Source: Theionarchaea archaeon (lineage in GTDB: Archaea; Methanobacteriota_B; Thermococci; Methanofastidiosales; SZ-28-30). Taken from it: a stretch of DNA of 64,000 bases. The position numbers were made by a program, and so were the translations under genes. Numbering within the stretch: the stretch's first letter is position 1; each line of letters starts with the position of its first letter. Below, in pieces: positions 50,470 through 60,091 of this stretch. The notes beneath the pieces were generated by a model that was not told where the DNA came from, searched no databases, and worked only from the letters and a program-made list of their open reading frames with translations. The DNA is taken from NCBI GenBank assembly GCA_018992685.1, contig JACVGT010000002.1:1-64000 (forward strand). The letters are read 5' to 3'.

Positions 50470-50727
50470 ATGAAGGATTTTTGGTTTGCCAAAAAGAAAG
50501 CAGTGACGGCTATGATTATCTATGCTGTCGTTTTCTTCCTGGTATTGTATGAATATCCAATGCTGGGTTGGTTCGACAGTCCAACGCTGACTGCTGGAAT
50601 GCCTACTTTTGTCCTGTACATTTGGATCTTGAATGTACTGTACATTGTCTTGACTGGAGCTGTGGTCATGTGGATGTTCAAGAACGCAGACAGGATTGAG
50701 TGGAAAGGAGCACCTAAGGAGGGATAA
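50470..50727 (+). CDS. Small 2-TM partner of the solute:sodium symporter (DUF3311/DUF485-like)
   Basis: P...AGMP...W pattern; AGGAGG RBS; ends 2 nt before the SSS gene. Confidence 0.7.
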   Translation: MKDFWFAKKKAVTAMIIYAVVFFLVLYEYPMLGWFDSPTLTAGMPTFVLYIWILNVLYIVLTGAVVMWMFKNADRIEWKGAPKEG

Positions 50728-50729
50728 GA

Positions 50730-52247
50730 ATGGAATCATGGGTTATTGTATTGCTCGGTCTTTTTGCTTACATCCTGGTGGCAGTCTACATCGGGCTCAG
50801 AGGCTATAAGACCACGAAGCACACGCTGGAAGACTACTTCCTGGGTGGTAGAGGAATTGGCGTCATTCTGCTGTTCTTCACCATGTACGCCACGTACCAG
50901 AGTGCCTACATGTATATTGGTGTGACTGGATTCACGTATACGCATGGTATTGGTATCTGGTACTCGAATGTGGCCAACCTGATGTGGGGATTCCTGTTCC
51001 TCTTGATTGCCATCCCAATGTGGAAGCTGGGAAAGAACTTTGGCTACGTGACGCAGGCTGATTTCTTTGCCGACCGATTTGGCTCAGAGATTCTCAGACT
51101 GATCATTGCCTTGTGGATGATTCTGGGATTGACGCCATACATTGGTTCTCAAGTTCTGGCTACTGGAAGGACTCTGAATACCATCTCAGGTGGTGTTCTC
51201 ACTCTTGGCGTGGCTGCTGCCCTTTACATCATTACAGTGATCATCTATACCAGTCTTGGAGGATTGAAAGGTGTGGTGTGGACTGATCTGATTCAGGGTC
51301 TACTCATGCTGATCTTTATCTGGCTGGGAGTCTTTGTACTGGTGGGAAAAGTAGGCGGGTTTGGAGCACTCTTTGAGCAGATCCAGGCTATCAAACCAGA
51401 ACTGCTGACCATCCCGGGTCCAAAAGGACTCTTAACGCCGCGTGCATGGTTCGGGTTCCTGCTGGTGGATGCACTGGGAGGAATCATGTGGATTCAAAAC
51501 TGGATGCGATACTACGTCGGCAAGACCTGGAGAACAATGGCAATGATGTCATTCTTGGTTCCAATCGGGACAACCCTGACATTCCTGCCCGCAATGCTGA
51601 TCGGGCTGTCAGGTGTGATTCTGGAACCCGGACTGGCCTCAGGAGACGCAATCTTCCCCACTCTCATGGTGAATTACCTCCCCGTGTGGGTAGTCATGGG
51701 ATTGATTGTGGGTCTGTTCGCAGCGTCCATGTCTACGGTGGATTCACTGTCACTGGCATTGTCAGCCAGTATATCCAAAGATATCTACGGACTGATCAAA
51801 CCAGGTACTGACGAGGCGAAGTTGGTCAAGATGGGCCGCTTCTTGATTATTGCCGTGCTGGTGGCCGGTGGACTGGTAGGCTATGTTGCTGCTGGAACGT
51901 ACATTGTGGTTCTGTTGACCTTGCTTTCTCTAGGCTTGAGTGCTGTGCTGTTCCCCGTGGCTGTGGCTGGTATCTACTGGAAGGGCGCCAACCGGTATGG
52001 AGCTATTGCAGGTATTCTCGTTGGTGCTGCAGTGGGTGTCAAGACCCTGCTCATTGGACCTGAGTTCTGGCTGGGTGTATACGGTGGATTGTGGGCTGTA
52101 CTAGCCTGTGCTGTTGCACTGATAGTTGTCAGTCTCGTTACACCACACAGTGAGAAGGAGAAGAGAGCAGAGAGTAGGATTTCTGAGGCCCTGGCCTCTC
52201 CCGTCATAACCATGATGGACGTCTCAAAGGACTACAGTGCGAAGTAG
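50730..52247 (+). CDS. Sodium:solute symporter (SSS family)
   Basis: DYFLGGR, YTSLGGLKGVVWTDLIQG, AASMSTVDS; about 13 TM. Confidence 0.92.
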   Translation: MESWVIVLLGLFAYILVAVYIGLRGYKTTKHTLEDYFLGGRGIGVILLFFTMYATYQSAYMYIGVTGFTYTHGIGIWYSNVANLMWGFLFLLIAIPMWKLGKNFGYVTQADFFADRFGSEILRLIIALWMILGLTPYIGSQVLATGRTLNTISGGVLTLGVAAALYIITVIIYTSLGGLKGVVWTDLIQGLLMLIFIWLGVFVLVGKVGGFGALFEQIQAIKPELLTIPGPKGLLTPRAWFGFLLVDALGGIMWIQNWMRYYVGKTWRTMAMMSFLVPIGTTLTFLPAMLIGLSGVILEPGLASGDAIFPTLMVNYLPVWVVMGLIVGLFAASMSTVDSLSLALSASISKDIYGLIKPGTDEAKLVKMGRFLIIAVLVAGGLVGYVAAGTYIVVLLTLLSLGLSAVLFPVAVAGIYWKGANRYGAIAGILVGAAVGVKTLLIGPEFWLGVYGGLWAVLACAVALIVVSLVTPHSEKEKRAESRISEALASPVITMMDVSKDYSAK

Positions 52248-52309
52248 GACTCAGAATCTCTATCCATATTTTTTTATTTTTTTGTTTCTTACTATAAAAG
52301 GTGATTTCA

Positions 52310-52789
52310 ATGCAGAGAGAATTGTTTGACACGCTGTGCTTGTATGGACTGTCTGTTGGATATCCCAGAAGCTGGAAAATAATCATAGACTCACGGCAGG
52401 TGACCTTCAAGGAGGGTAAGGTCAACGCACTGGGCAATGACATTCTCATGGGGGTTTTGTGGGAAAAAGTGGAGAAAGCCATAACCCTGGAAGAATATGA
52501 AGAACGGGTATTGACCAATCTGAAGAAAAAAGACAAGAAATTCAAGCTTATCAGGAAAGAGGTTGACGAGGTCTCTGGACACCGAGCGTTCAAGGAGACC
52601 ATGGAAACCAGAGGGCGTTCCGGGTTCATCGGGCTACAGAAGGGAGCAGTTGAACACAACCACTGTATCTTCTTTTGTGAATATCACAGGCGATTTGTCA
52701 CCGTGTATGTGTCTCTGGTGCCCTCCTTGAGGACGGAGTATCAGTTTGTGATTGATGAGATATTCGATTCAATCACATGCATTCACTGA
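52310..52789 (+). CDS. Hypothetical protein (possibly PsbP/Mog1-like fold)
   Basis: SVGYPRSW start and IDEIFDSI end are typical of that fold; AAGGTGA RBS. Confidence 0.5.
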   Translation: MQRELFDTLCLYGLSVGYPRSWKIIIDSRQVTFKEGKVNALGNDILMGVLWEKVEKAITLEEYEERVLTNLKKKDKKFKLIRKEVDEVSGHRAFKETMETRGRSGFIGLQKGAVEHNHCIFFCEYHRRFVTVYVSLVPSLRTEYQFVIDEIFDSITCIH

Positions 52790-52915
52790 CCGATGGAAAC
52801 CCTGTGATCCGAATACACGGAAAAGGAACCTCAGAACGTCTATTCACGAATCGGAACAGGAAAAAGAAAGGAGAGGAAAGAAAATCTGTGCCCAAGGTCG
52901 AGAGGAGGTAAGAAG

Positions 52916-53890
52916 ATGGATAGCGAAATAATACAGATGATGGTGGGAGCCAAGAAAGTGATCAAGGAATGTGCCCAGACGAAGCCAGGCGAGAAGGTTC
53001 TGATAGTGACAGATACAGAGATTGAACTCAGCATATCGACTGCACTGGCTGCAGCTGCTTACTATGAAGATGCTGAACCCTTGATCGCTGTCATGACTCC
53101 TCGAAAAGGACACGCTGAAGAGCCCCCAGCACATGTCAGGGAGGCCATGCTGGCTTCTGATGTGATCGTCACCCCCACATCCAAAACACTGTTCCATACG
53201 AAAGCCACCAGGGATTCCTGTGCCAAAGGTGCACGTGTTCTCTCCATGACGGGTGCCCTCCCCCGCACTCTCATGCGGGGAGCAATTACTGCCAACTTTG
53301 AGGAGATAGAACCCATCTGCAGGAAACTGGCTGATCGGCTAACCGAGGCAGAAAAGATACATCTGACCACACCAGGGGGAACAGACATCACATCCTCCCT
53401 AAAGGGGAGAGTAGGACAGTTCGAGCCTGGTATTGCCAGGAACAAAGGTGATCTTGTGGGAGTGCCCGATATTGAGGCAAATATCTCTCCTGTGGAAGAC
53501 ACCTCCCAGGGGGTCTTCGTAATAGATGTGACAGCCACCGACTTCGGGTTTGTGGACGCACCCATCAGAATTGAAGTGAAAAATGGAAAGGCAGTTAAAA
53601 TTGAAGGTGGTGTCATAGCAGAGCGCCTGAAGAACTTGCTGGAGAGTGCACATGATCCCAACCAGTACTTTGTCGCAGAGTATGGACTTGGACTGAATCC
53701 AAAAGCAGAGCTGCAGGGGCGCATTATTGAGGATGAATCTGCTCTCGGTACAGCACACATTGCCCTTGGTGACAACATCACCCTTGGTGGACAGAATAGG
53801 GCACCGTTTCACATTGACCTCATTATGAAAGATCCCACAGTAGAGCTGGATGGCAAGGTCGTCATTGACCGGGACAAGGTCATGGTGTAG
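52916..53890 (+). CDS. M29-like (thermophilic metalloprotease / NicX-like) aminopeptidase
   Basis: GEKVLIVTD, EEPP, GTD, AEYGLGLNP, EDE...GTAHIALGDN, HIDL. Confidence 0.8.
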   Translation: MDSEIIQMMVGAKKVIKECAQTKPGEKVLIVTDTEIELSISTALAAAAYYEDAEPLIAVMTPRKGHAEEPPAHVREAMLASDVIVTPTSKTLFHTKATRDSCAKGARVLSMTGALPRTLMRGAITANFEEIEPICRKLADRLTEAEKIHLTTPGGTDITSSLKGRVGQFEPGIARNKGDLVGVPDIEANISPVEDTSQGVFVIDVTATDFGFVDAPIRIEVKNGKAVKIEGGVIAERLKNLLESAHDPNQYFVAEYGLGLNPKAELQGRIIEDESALGTAHIALGDNITLGGQNRAPFHIDLIMKDPTVELDGKVVIDRDKVMV

Positions 53891-53898
53891 GTGGATAC

Positions 53899-54615
53899 AT
53901 GTATGGCTGGCGGTGCAGAATAGGGCTGATCATACCTTCAGATAACACAGTCATGGAGAGTGAATTCAACAAGCTGTTCAGAGACATACCTGGTGTGAGT
54001 GTCCACGCAACCCGTGTCTTTCTGGAAGAACTCACTGTGGAAACATTGTTGCAGATGAAAGAGGGGTTGAAGAGAGCATGCGAAGAGCTCAAGAGTGCAG
54101 AGATGGATGTCCTTGCCTATGGTTGCACCAGTGGCAGCTTTGTTAAGGGATTGCATTTTGACCAGGAGATCATCCAGGAAATCGAAGAAGAGACCCAGAT
54201 AACTGCCACCACCACCTCCACAGCAGTTATTGAGGCATTGAGGAAGCTCAAGGTCAACAAGATCGCTCTGGGAACTCCCTATTCTGACGAAATCAACGAG
54301 AAGGCAATCCACTTCTTTGAAGGAAACAACATTGAAGTGACCAATTCTCGAGGGCTGAATGTTGTGCCTGACGTTGATGTTGGAAAGCAGGAACCCTACA
54401 TTGCATACAACCTGGGAATCAAAGTGAATACAGAGGATTGCGACTGCGTTTTCCTGAGCTGTACTGATTTCAGGACGGTTGAGATTATAGACCTTCTGGA
54501 AACCCGATTGAAAAAACCTGTCATCAGTTCAAACCAGGCCACCTTATGGCACTGTATTGCTCTGAAGAACCTGGGGATGACTCTCCCCGGGTATGGGACG
54601 CTTTTGGCAGGGTGA
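53899..54615 (+). CDS. Asp/Glu racemase superfamily enzyme (maleate isomerase / arylmalonate decarboxylase / EutA-like)
   Basis: RIGLIIPSDNTVME, YGCTSGS, TPY, SCTDF, KPVISSNQATLW. Confidence 0.88.
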   Translation: MYGWRCRIGLIIPSDNTVMESEFNKLFRDIPGVSVHATRVFLEELTVETLLQMKEGLKRACEELKSAEMDVLAYGCTSGSFVKGLHFDQEIIQEIEEETQITATTTSTAVIEALRKLKVNKIALGTPYSDEINEKAIHFFEGNNIEVTNSRGLNVVPDVDVGKQEPYIAYNLGIKVNTEDCDCVFLSCTDFRTVEIIDLLETRLKKPVISSNQATLWHCIALKNLGMTLPGYGTLLAG

Positions 54616-54628
54616 AGAAGGTGTAACA

Positions 54629-55963
54629 ATGTCAGAAGAAATCGAAATTGACGAAGCACGGTTGAACCAATTTGTCCCCGAACCAGGGTACCTGGACGTC
54701 AACCAGAAGGGACACCTTGAGTTTGACGGGGTGGACTGTGTGGATCTCCGGGATCAGTATGGGTCCCCCTTGTATGTCATGAGTGAGAGAAGGATACGAG
54801 AAAACTACCGCAGTCTTGTGAACACCTTCACAGCACTGTACAGCAGGGCGAAGATTGCCTATGCCTACAAGGCAAACCCCATATTGGCAGCTTTGAGAAT
54901 TCTCAATGAAGAAGGTGCTACAGCAGAAGTGATATCCACGGGTGAACTCTTCCTGGCAAAAGTGGTAGGTGTCAGGGGAGACAATATTGTGCTCAATGGG
55001 TGCTACAAGGACAGGAAGGGTATCAGACTGGCCATCAGAATGGGTGCTGTGATTAACGTTGATTCATTTCATGAACTGGACATGGTTGATGAGGAAGCAT
55101 CTCATGTGGGGATACCTGCCAGGATTGGAATCCGCATAAACCCCATAGTCAGAACGGGTACATTGAGTGTCTGGGAGACTGCCTTGGACGAAAGCAAATT
55201 TGGGATCAGGTTGGAAAAGGGGTTGGAAGCCTACAAAAAGGCAAAGAGCTTGAAGAACGTGGAAATTGTTGGAATACACACTCATATTGGATCTCAGATT
55301 GAGAATACCAACCCGTACCGCGTAGCCAGTACTCGGATTATGGATTTTGTGGGAGATCTCAAAGAAAAGCTGGACATTGATCTTGAACTGGTGGATCTAG
55401 GTGGCGGGATTGCTGTCCCCTTCAAGTACATTGACCGTGCTCTCCTGGAGGAGTATGCTCATGCCATACTGGATCCTTTCATCCAGAAAAAGGAAGAGTG
55501 TGGATTGGGAGATTGTGACGTGGTCATTGAGCCGGGAGGGAGTATCATCGGCACCTCCACTATTCTGCTGGTGACTGTGGGAACTGTAAAGAGAGAGGAA
55601 TCAGGCAGGAAGTGGGCCCTGGTGGATGGTGGTGCAAATATCAATCTGCGGGCTACCCAGGGGTGGTATGTGTACCAGTCTGTGTGCTGCAACAAAATGA
55701 GGGAGACAAAAAAAGAGGTTGTCAATGTTGCAGGTCCTCTGTGTTATGCAGGAGACGTTCTGGGATACAACAGGGAGTTGCCCTACCTGGATGAAGGCGA
55801 TGTCCTGGCATTTCTGGATTGCGGAGCATATACCATGGCTATTCTCAATAGGTACAATTCCTATCCCTTCCCTGCAGCTGTCCTCATCACAGACAGTGTA
55901 CCCAGGATTATCAAGAGAAGAGAAGCTCTAGTTGATCTTTTCATGGGAGAGGAACTTATATAG
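54629..55963 (+). CDS. Diaminopimelate decarboxylase-like PLP enzyme, divergent paralogue
   Basis: YAYKAN, SKFG, HTHIGSQ, DLGGG; EPGG and GPLCYAGD in place of EPGR and CESxD. Confidence 0.85.
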   Translation: MSEEIEIDEARLNQFVPEPGYLDVNQKGHLEFDGVDCVDLRDQYGSPLYVMSERRIRENYRSLVNTFTALYSRAKIAYAYKANPILAALRILNEEGATAEVISTGELFLAKVVGVRGDNIVLNGCYKDRKGIRLAIRMGAVINVDSFHELDMVDEEASHVGIPARIGIRINPIVRTGTLSVWETALDESKFGIRLEKGLEAYKKAKSLKNVEIVGIHTHIGSQIENTNPYRVASTRIMDFVGDLKEKLDIDLELVDLGGGIAVPFKYIDRALLEEYAHAILDPFIQKKEECGLGDCDVVIEPGGSIIGTSTILLVTVGTVKREESGRKWALVDGGANINLRATQGWYVYQSVCCNKMRETKKEVVNVAGPLCYAGDVLGYNRELPYLDEGDVLAFLDCGAYTMAILNRYNSYPFPAAVLITDSVPRIIKRREALVDLFMGEELI

Positions 55964-55992
55964 TTCTTCTTTCTATTATATTGTGTGATAGT

Positions 55993-57216
55993 ATGGATTT
56001 TCGCCAATTGACTGAGATCAGGACAACATATGGAACTCCGACCTATGTGTATGACAAGCAGGTCATGGTCACGCAGTATCAGACCCTGGCTCAGAGCATT
56101 CACTATACTCCTCTCAAAATATATTATGCCTGTAAAGCTAACACCAATTGCGTTATACTGAGAATATTTAAGGAGTTAGGGTGTGGGGTGGACTGTGTCT
56201 CACCTGGCGAAGTCTTTCTTGCTTTGAAAGCAGGATTCGATTCTTCTGACATTTTATTTACAGGCAACAATCTCACAAATTCTGAAATGAAGTATGCTGT
56301 TTCTCATGATGTTTTGATGACTGCAGATTCTTTGTCTCAATTGGAGCTGTATGGGCAGATAAACCCGGAATCTGACGTTTGTGTCAGGATCAATCCCAAC
56401 CTGGGGGCAGGGCACCACAAACACGTCATTACGGGAGGGCTTCAGAGTAAATTCGGCATATACCAGGCTGATGTTCCTTACATCAGGTCGCTTCTACATA
56501 AGTATAACCTCCATTTGAAAGGCGTCCACATGCATATTGGCTCGGGGATTCTAGAGCCCGGACTGCTTCTCAAGGGCGTGAGTTCTCTCTTGGACGTGGC
56601 CAGTGAGTTCCCGGACCTGGAATTTGTAGACATTGGAGGGGGACTTGGGGTCCCATACGAGCCAGAGGAAGCACCCATGGATGTGCAGAAATTTGGCGAG
56701 CTGCTCACAGACATGATAACCCAGTGGGTTGAGCAGCATCACCAGATTGCCCTGGCCTTGGAACCAGGACGATTTCTGGTGGCAGAATCTGGCATTCTTC
56801 TAACTACGGTGACTGCAGTCAAAGAGAATCCCAAGTACACCTTTGTGGGTGTGGACACAGGGTTCAACCATTTCATGAGGCCTGCCCTGTATAATGCGTA
56901 CCATGAAATCGTCAAAGTGGAGCCTTCAGAATCCAGAGGAGGACTTCAGGAACGTGTTGACGTCACGGTGTGTGGTGACATCTGTGAGAGTGCAGACATA
57001 TTTGCCAGAAACAGAGCCCTCCCACCACTCAAAGAGGGTGATCTTCTGGCTATTTTGGATACGGGAGCATATGGATTCAGTATGGCATCAGAGTATAATT
57101 CCAGACCGCTCCCTGCAGAAGTCCTGGTTGATAAAACAACTGTTACCGAGATCAGAAAGAGAGGAACGTTCCAGGACTTGTTACGCAATCAATGTGAGGT
57201 AGATACCAATGGATAA
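55993..57216 (+). CDS. lysA: Diaminopimelate decarboxylase
   Basis: YACKAN, SKFG, HMHIGS, EPGRFLV, RPALY, ICESAD, GAYG, YNSRP. Confidence 0.9.
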   Translation: MDFRQLTEIRTTYGTPTYVYDKQVMVTQYQTLAQSIHYTPLKIYYACKANTNCVILRIFKELGCGVDCVSPGEVFLALKAGFDSSDILFTGNNLTNSEMKYAVSHDVLMTADSLSQLELYGQINPESDVCVRINPNLGAGHHKHVITGGLQSKFGIYQADVPYIRSLLHKYNLHLKGVHMHIGSGILEPGLLLKGVSSLLDVASEFPDLEFVDIGGGLGVPYEPEEAPMDVQKFGELLTDMITQWVEQHHQIALALEPGRFLVAESGILLTTVTAVKENPKYTFVGVDTGFNHFMRPALYNAYHEIVKVEPSESRGGLQERVDVTVCGDICESADIFARNRALPPLKEGDLLAILDTGAYGFSMASEYNSRPLPAEVLVDKTTVTEIRKRGTFQDLLRNQCEVDTNG

Positions 57217-58336
57217 CCAGGAAATTAGGGCCCATTTCGAGCCTGCGGTGAGCAACTGGACATATTTGAACGCCGCAGCGTGCGGGCTTTCCCCGCAATT
57301 CAGTAAGACTGGATGCGATACGTGGTGGGACGATAAACTGACCCATGGATCAGTACATTACCATACATGGGAGGATGACACTCTCGAAATCAAAGCCAAG
57401 TTTGGGACCCTGATCAATGCAGAGAAAGAAGAGATTGCCTGCGTGATGAACACGTCAGAAGGGTTGAACTTTGCCATCAATGGTATGAGGTTCAAAAAGG
57501 GGGACAACGTCGTTGTGAATAAGTACGATTTTCCCTCCAATTTTCTGCCCTGGCTGGCCTTGAAGCAGAAGGGCGTCGAGGTACGGTTGATGGAGGTTAC
57601 GGATAATAGGATCCCCGTGGAACGTATTCAGGAGAAAGTCGATGAGAATACCAGAGCTGTGTCTATCAGCAGCGTTCAATTCAAGAACGGATTCCGCAGT
57701 GACCTGAAAGCACTTGGAGCATTGTGCAAGGAGGTTGATGCATATTTTGTGGTAGATGCTATCCAGTCACTGGGAGCGCTTGAAATGGATGTAAAACGGT
57801 ATGGAATTGACATTCTGTGTACCAGCAGCTACAAATGGTTGCTAGGCCCTGATGGTGTTGGCTTTCTGTACTGCAGCAAGGACATTCTGGATGAGATTTC
57901 CACCACGAATATTGGATGGATGAGTACACCTGATCCATGGAGTTTCCCCACTGAGCTGGAGTTCATGAAAACGGCTCAGAAATTCGAGTCTGGGACATTG
58001 CCCTGGGCCCTCCTGTACAGTATGGACCCTATCCTTGATTTCTTCCTCAAGGTAAAGGTGAAGAATATTACAGAACACGTTTTTGGGCTTCTTGATTACT
58101 TGATTGAGGAGCTGGAAGCCCTGCATGTGGACATTGTTTCATCCCTTCGAGAGAACGAGCGGAGCTGTATCCTGGTCTTTGATGTCAAGGACAGAGAGAA
58201 GCTTGTAGATCTCTATCAGAGCAAAAAGGTGAGAATCAGTCTCAGGGATGGAATACGGGTAGCCCCTCACATCTATAACAATGAGGATGATATTACCCGG
58301 CTTGTATCCATTTTAAAGGAGTTTCTGGGTGGTTAG
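57209..58336 (+). CDS. Class V PLP enzyme (cysteine desulfurase / epimerase-like)
   Basis: YLNAAA, NTSEG, VDAIQSLG, YKWLLGPDG, FESGT, RVAPHIYN. Confidence 0.85.
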   Translation: MDNQEIRAHFEPAVSNWTYLNAAACGLSPQFSKTGCDTWWDDKLTHGSVHYHTWEDDTLEIKAKFGTLINAEKEEIACVMNTSEGLNFAINGMRFKKGDNVVVNKYDFPSNFLPWLALKQKGVEVRLMEVTDNRIPVERIQEKVDENTRAVSISSVQFKNGFRSDLKALGALCKEVDAYFVVDAIQSLGALEMDVKRYGIDILCTSSYKWLLGPDGVGFLYCSKDILDEISTTNIGWMSTPDPWSFPTELEFMKTAQKFESGTLPWALLYSMDPILDFFLKVKVKNITEHVFGLLDYLIEELEALHVDIVSSLRENERSCILVFDVKDREKLVDLYQSKKVRISLRDGIRVAPHIYNNEDDITRLVSILKEFLGG

Positions 58337-59158
58337 ATGAAAATAGAAGGAATTACGTTCTATAAAATGTCTGGTGCAGGAAATGATTTCCTGGTTATTG
58401 ACAATCGAGAAGGCATCATCCCTGAGAAAGAGAAGGGTGACGTTGCCAGAAGAGTGTGCAGGAGACGGCTTTCAGTGGGAGCAGATGGGATTCTTCTGGT
58501 GGAGCTATCACAGATTGCCACCTTCAGAATGAGATATTTCAATGCAGACGGGACTGAAGGGGAAATGTGTGGAAATGGAGCACGATGCATTACCCGATTT
58601 GCTTTTGTGAAAGGGATTGCAGGCGAAGAAATGACAATTGAGAGTATGTCCGGGATACTGGAGGCACGCGTCATGGGTGAGAAGGCCACAATCACGCTGA
58701 ACCCAGTGACAGAAAAGGAACTTGACAGGGAGATTACGGTTGATGGCCAGAAGATACAGTTTGATTACATAGAAGAAGGAACACCCGGACTGCCGCACAG
58801 CGTGATATTCAAAGATGATCTGACTGAGGAGGAAGATATCGAAGAGATTGGCAGAAAAATAAGGTACCACAAAGCCTTTCAGAGGGGAACAAATGCTAAT
58901 TTCTGCAGAGTCCTGGGGAAGGATACAATCCTGAACAGGACCTACGAGAGGGGCGTGGAGAGAGAGACCCTGGCCTGTGGAACTGGGTCTGGAGCTGCTG
59001 CGTGTGCAGTATTCTTGCACGGAATCTGTGGACCTGAAATCGAGGTAAAAACCAAAGGTGGAACTCTCAAGGTCACCATAGGAGATGAAAACCTGCAGAA
59101 GATTTATTTGACTGGAGATGCTCGAATCGTGTATGAGGGGATCTTAAAGGAGGTATGA
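58337..59158 (+). CDS. dapF: Diaminopimelate epimerase
   Basis: KMSGAGNDF, GADG, NADG, EMCGNG, ERG, TLACGTG. Confidence 0.93.
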   Translation: MKIEGITFYKMSGAGNDFLVIDNREGIIPEKEKGDVARRVCRRRLSVGADGILLVELSQIATFRMRYFNADGTEGEMCGNGARCITRFAFVKGIAGEEMTIESMSGILEARVMGEKATITLNPVTEKELDREITVDGQKIQFDYIEEGTPGLPHSVIFKDDLTEEEDIEEIGRKIRYHKAFQRGTNANFCRVLGKDTILNRTYERGVERETLACGTGSGAAACAVFLHGICGPEIEVKTKGGTLKVTIGDENLQKIYLTGDARIVYEGILKEV

Positions 59159-59482
59159 TCGGAGCTGGGTTGAACCAGGACGTGGACAGATTGTCTGGTG
59201 CAGAGTCAGGGAATCGGATAAAATTCAGTAGTATTAGTTCTTCCGGAAAAGAGAGACTTCTTTTGATACATTTCTGCAAACGTGGTATATAGACCTTGCA
59301 CTTGGAGAATTTTTTCAAATTTGCCATTTGATTCACTGTATCCCTTCCAGGGATAACCTAAGGTTTCTCTACTCACACAGATCTAAATTGGTGTCATCGA
59401 TCACAGTAATCGGCATATATCCATCGATATGACTTTCACGCTCAGGATAATACTTATATTGAACAAAACCACCGGGCAATCC

Positions 59483-59695
59483 ATGGCTACAGAATCCAGA
59501 AGAAGATTCACCTTCCCTGTAGGATACCATGAGTTCCACAGAGACCAGGTTTTCAATTTCCAGCTCAATCGCTGGTATTCTCTTGGATATACACGATTCG
59601 AAGATTTGAAAGAGGCGGTTTCCTCCAGAATTCTAGAGTTTAGAAAAGGGCCACGACTGCATAATCTCAGTTTGATTCGAAAGAGAACACTCTAG
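59483..59695 (+). pseudogene. Probable truncated 5' remnant of an alpha/beta-hydrolase gene
   Basis: FPVGYHEFH...FNFQLNRWYSLG resembles from memory the N-terminus of longer hydrolases; resemblance stops near 59615 and AT-rich non-coding DNA follows. Confidence 0.45.
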
Positions 59696-60091
59696 AACAG
59701 CTGATCACTTCTTGTATCTACTCCGTTCTTTTCCTCCATGAATGGGGAACCTTATGAAAAGAACTGAAGGTATCCATTCCCGCTTCGTATGAACTACTAT
59801 TTCTTCTACTGTATTTCAACGTTTTAGTTCCAGGCTTTTTTCAAGTCCTCAAAAGTACTTTTCTAGCTGTTTTTTAGAAAATATGTCCTTAAAATATGAA
59901 GGCTCATAAACGTTCATAGTTCTACTATTCTTACCTTCAATTCTGCACTTTATGAATCATGTTTTTCTACCACGAACGCAAAGTAACAGTCAAATACGAC
60001 ATTCCAGTCCCGACTCCAGAGACTTGGTGCGCGTCATGAGTGAATAGCTAGATTTTTATATAACAGGTTTCAATGTCAAAATGGCGATGAA

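Noticed and set aside
53062-53781. 239-aa minus-strand ORF, and similar long antisense ORFs such as 22800-23519, 49060-49716 and 60992-61522
   Set aside because: They lie wholly opposite well-supported genes and have no motifs or RBS; shadow ORFs.
52916-54615. NicX + maleate isomerase read as an aerobic nicotinate pathway
   Set aside because: No nicotinate hydroxylase, monooxygenase, deformylase or amidase genes nearby; the context is DAP/PLP enzymes.
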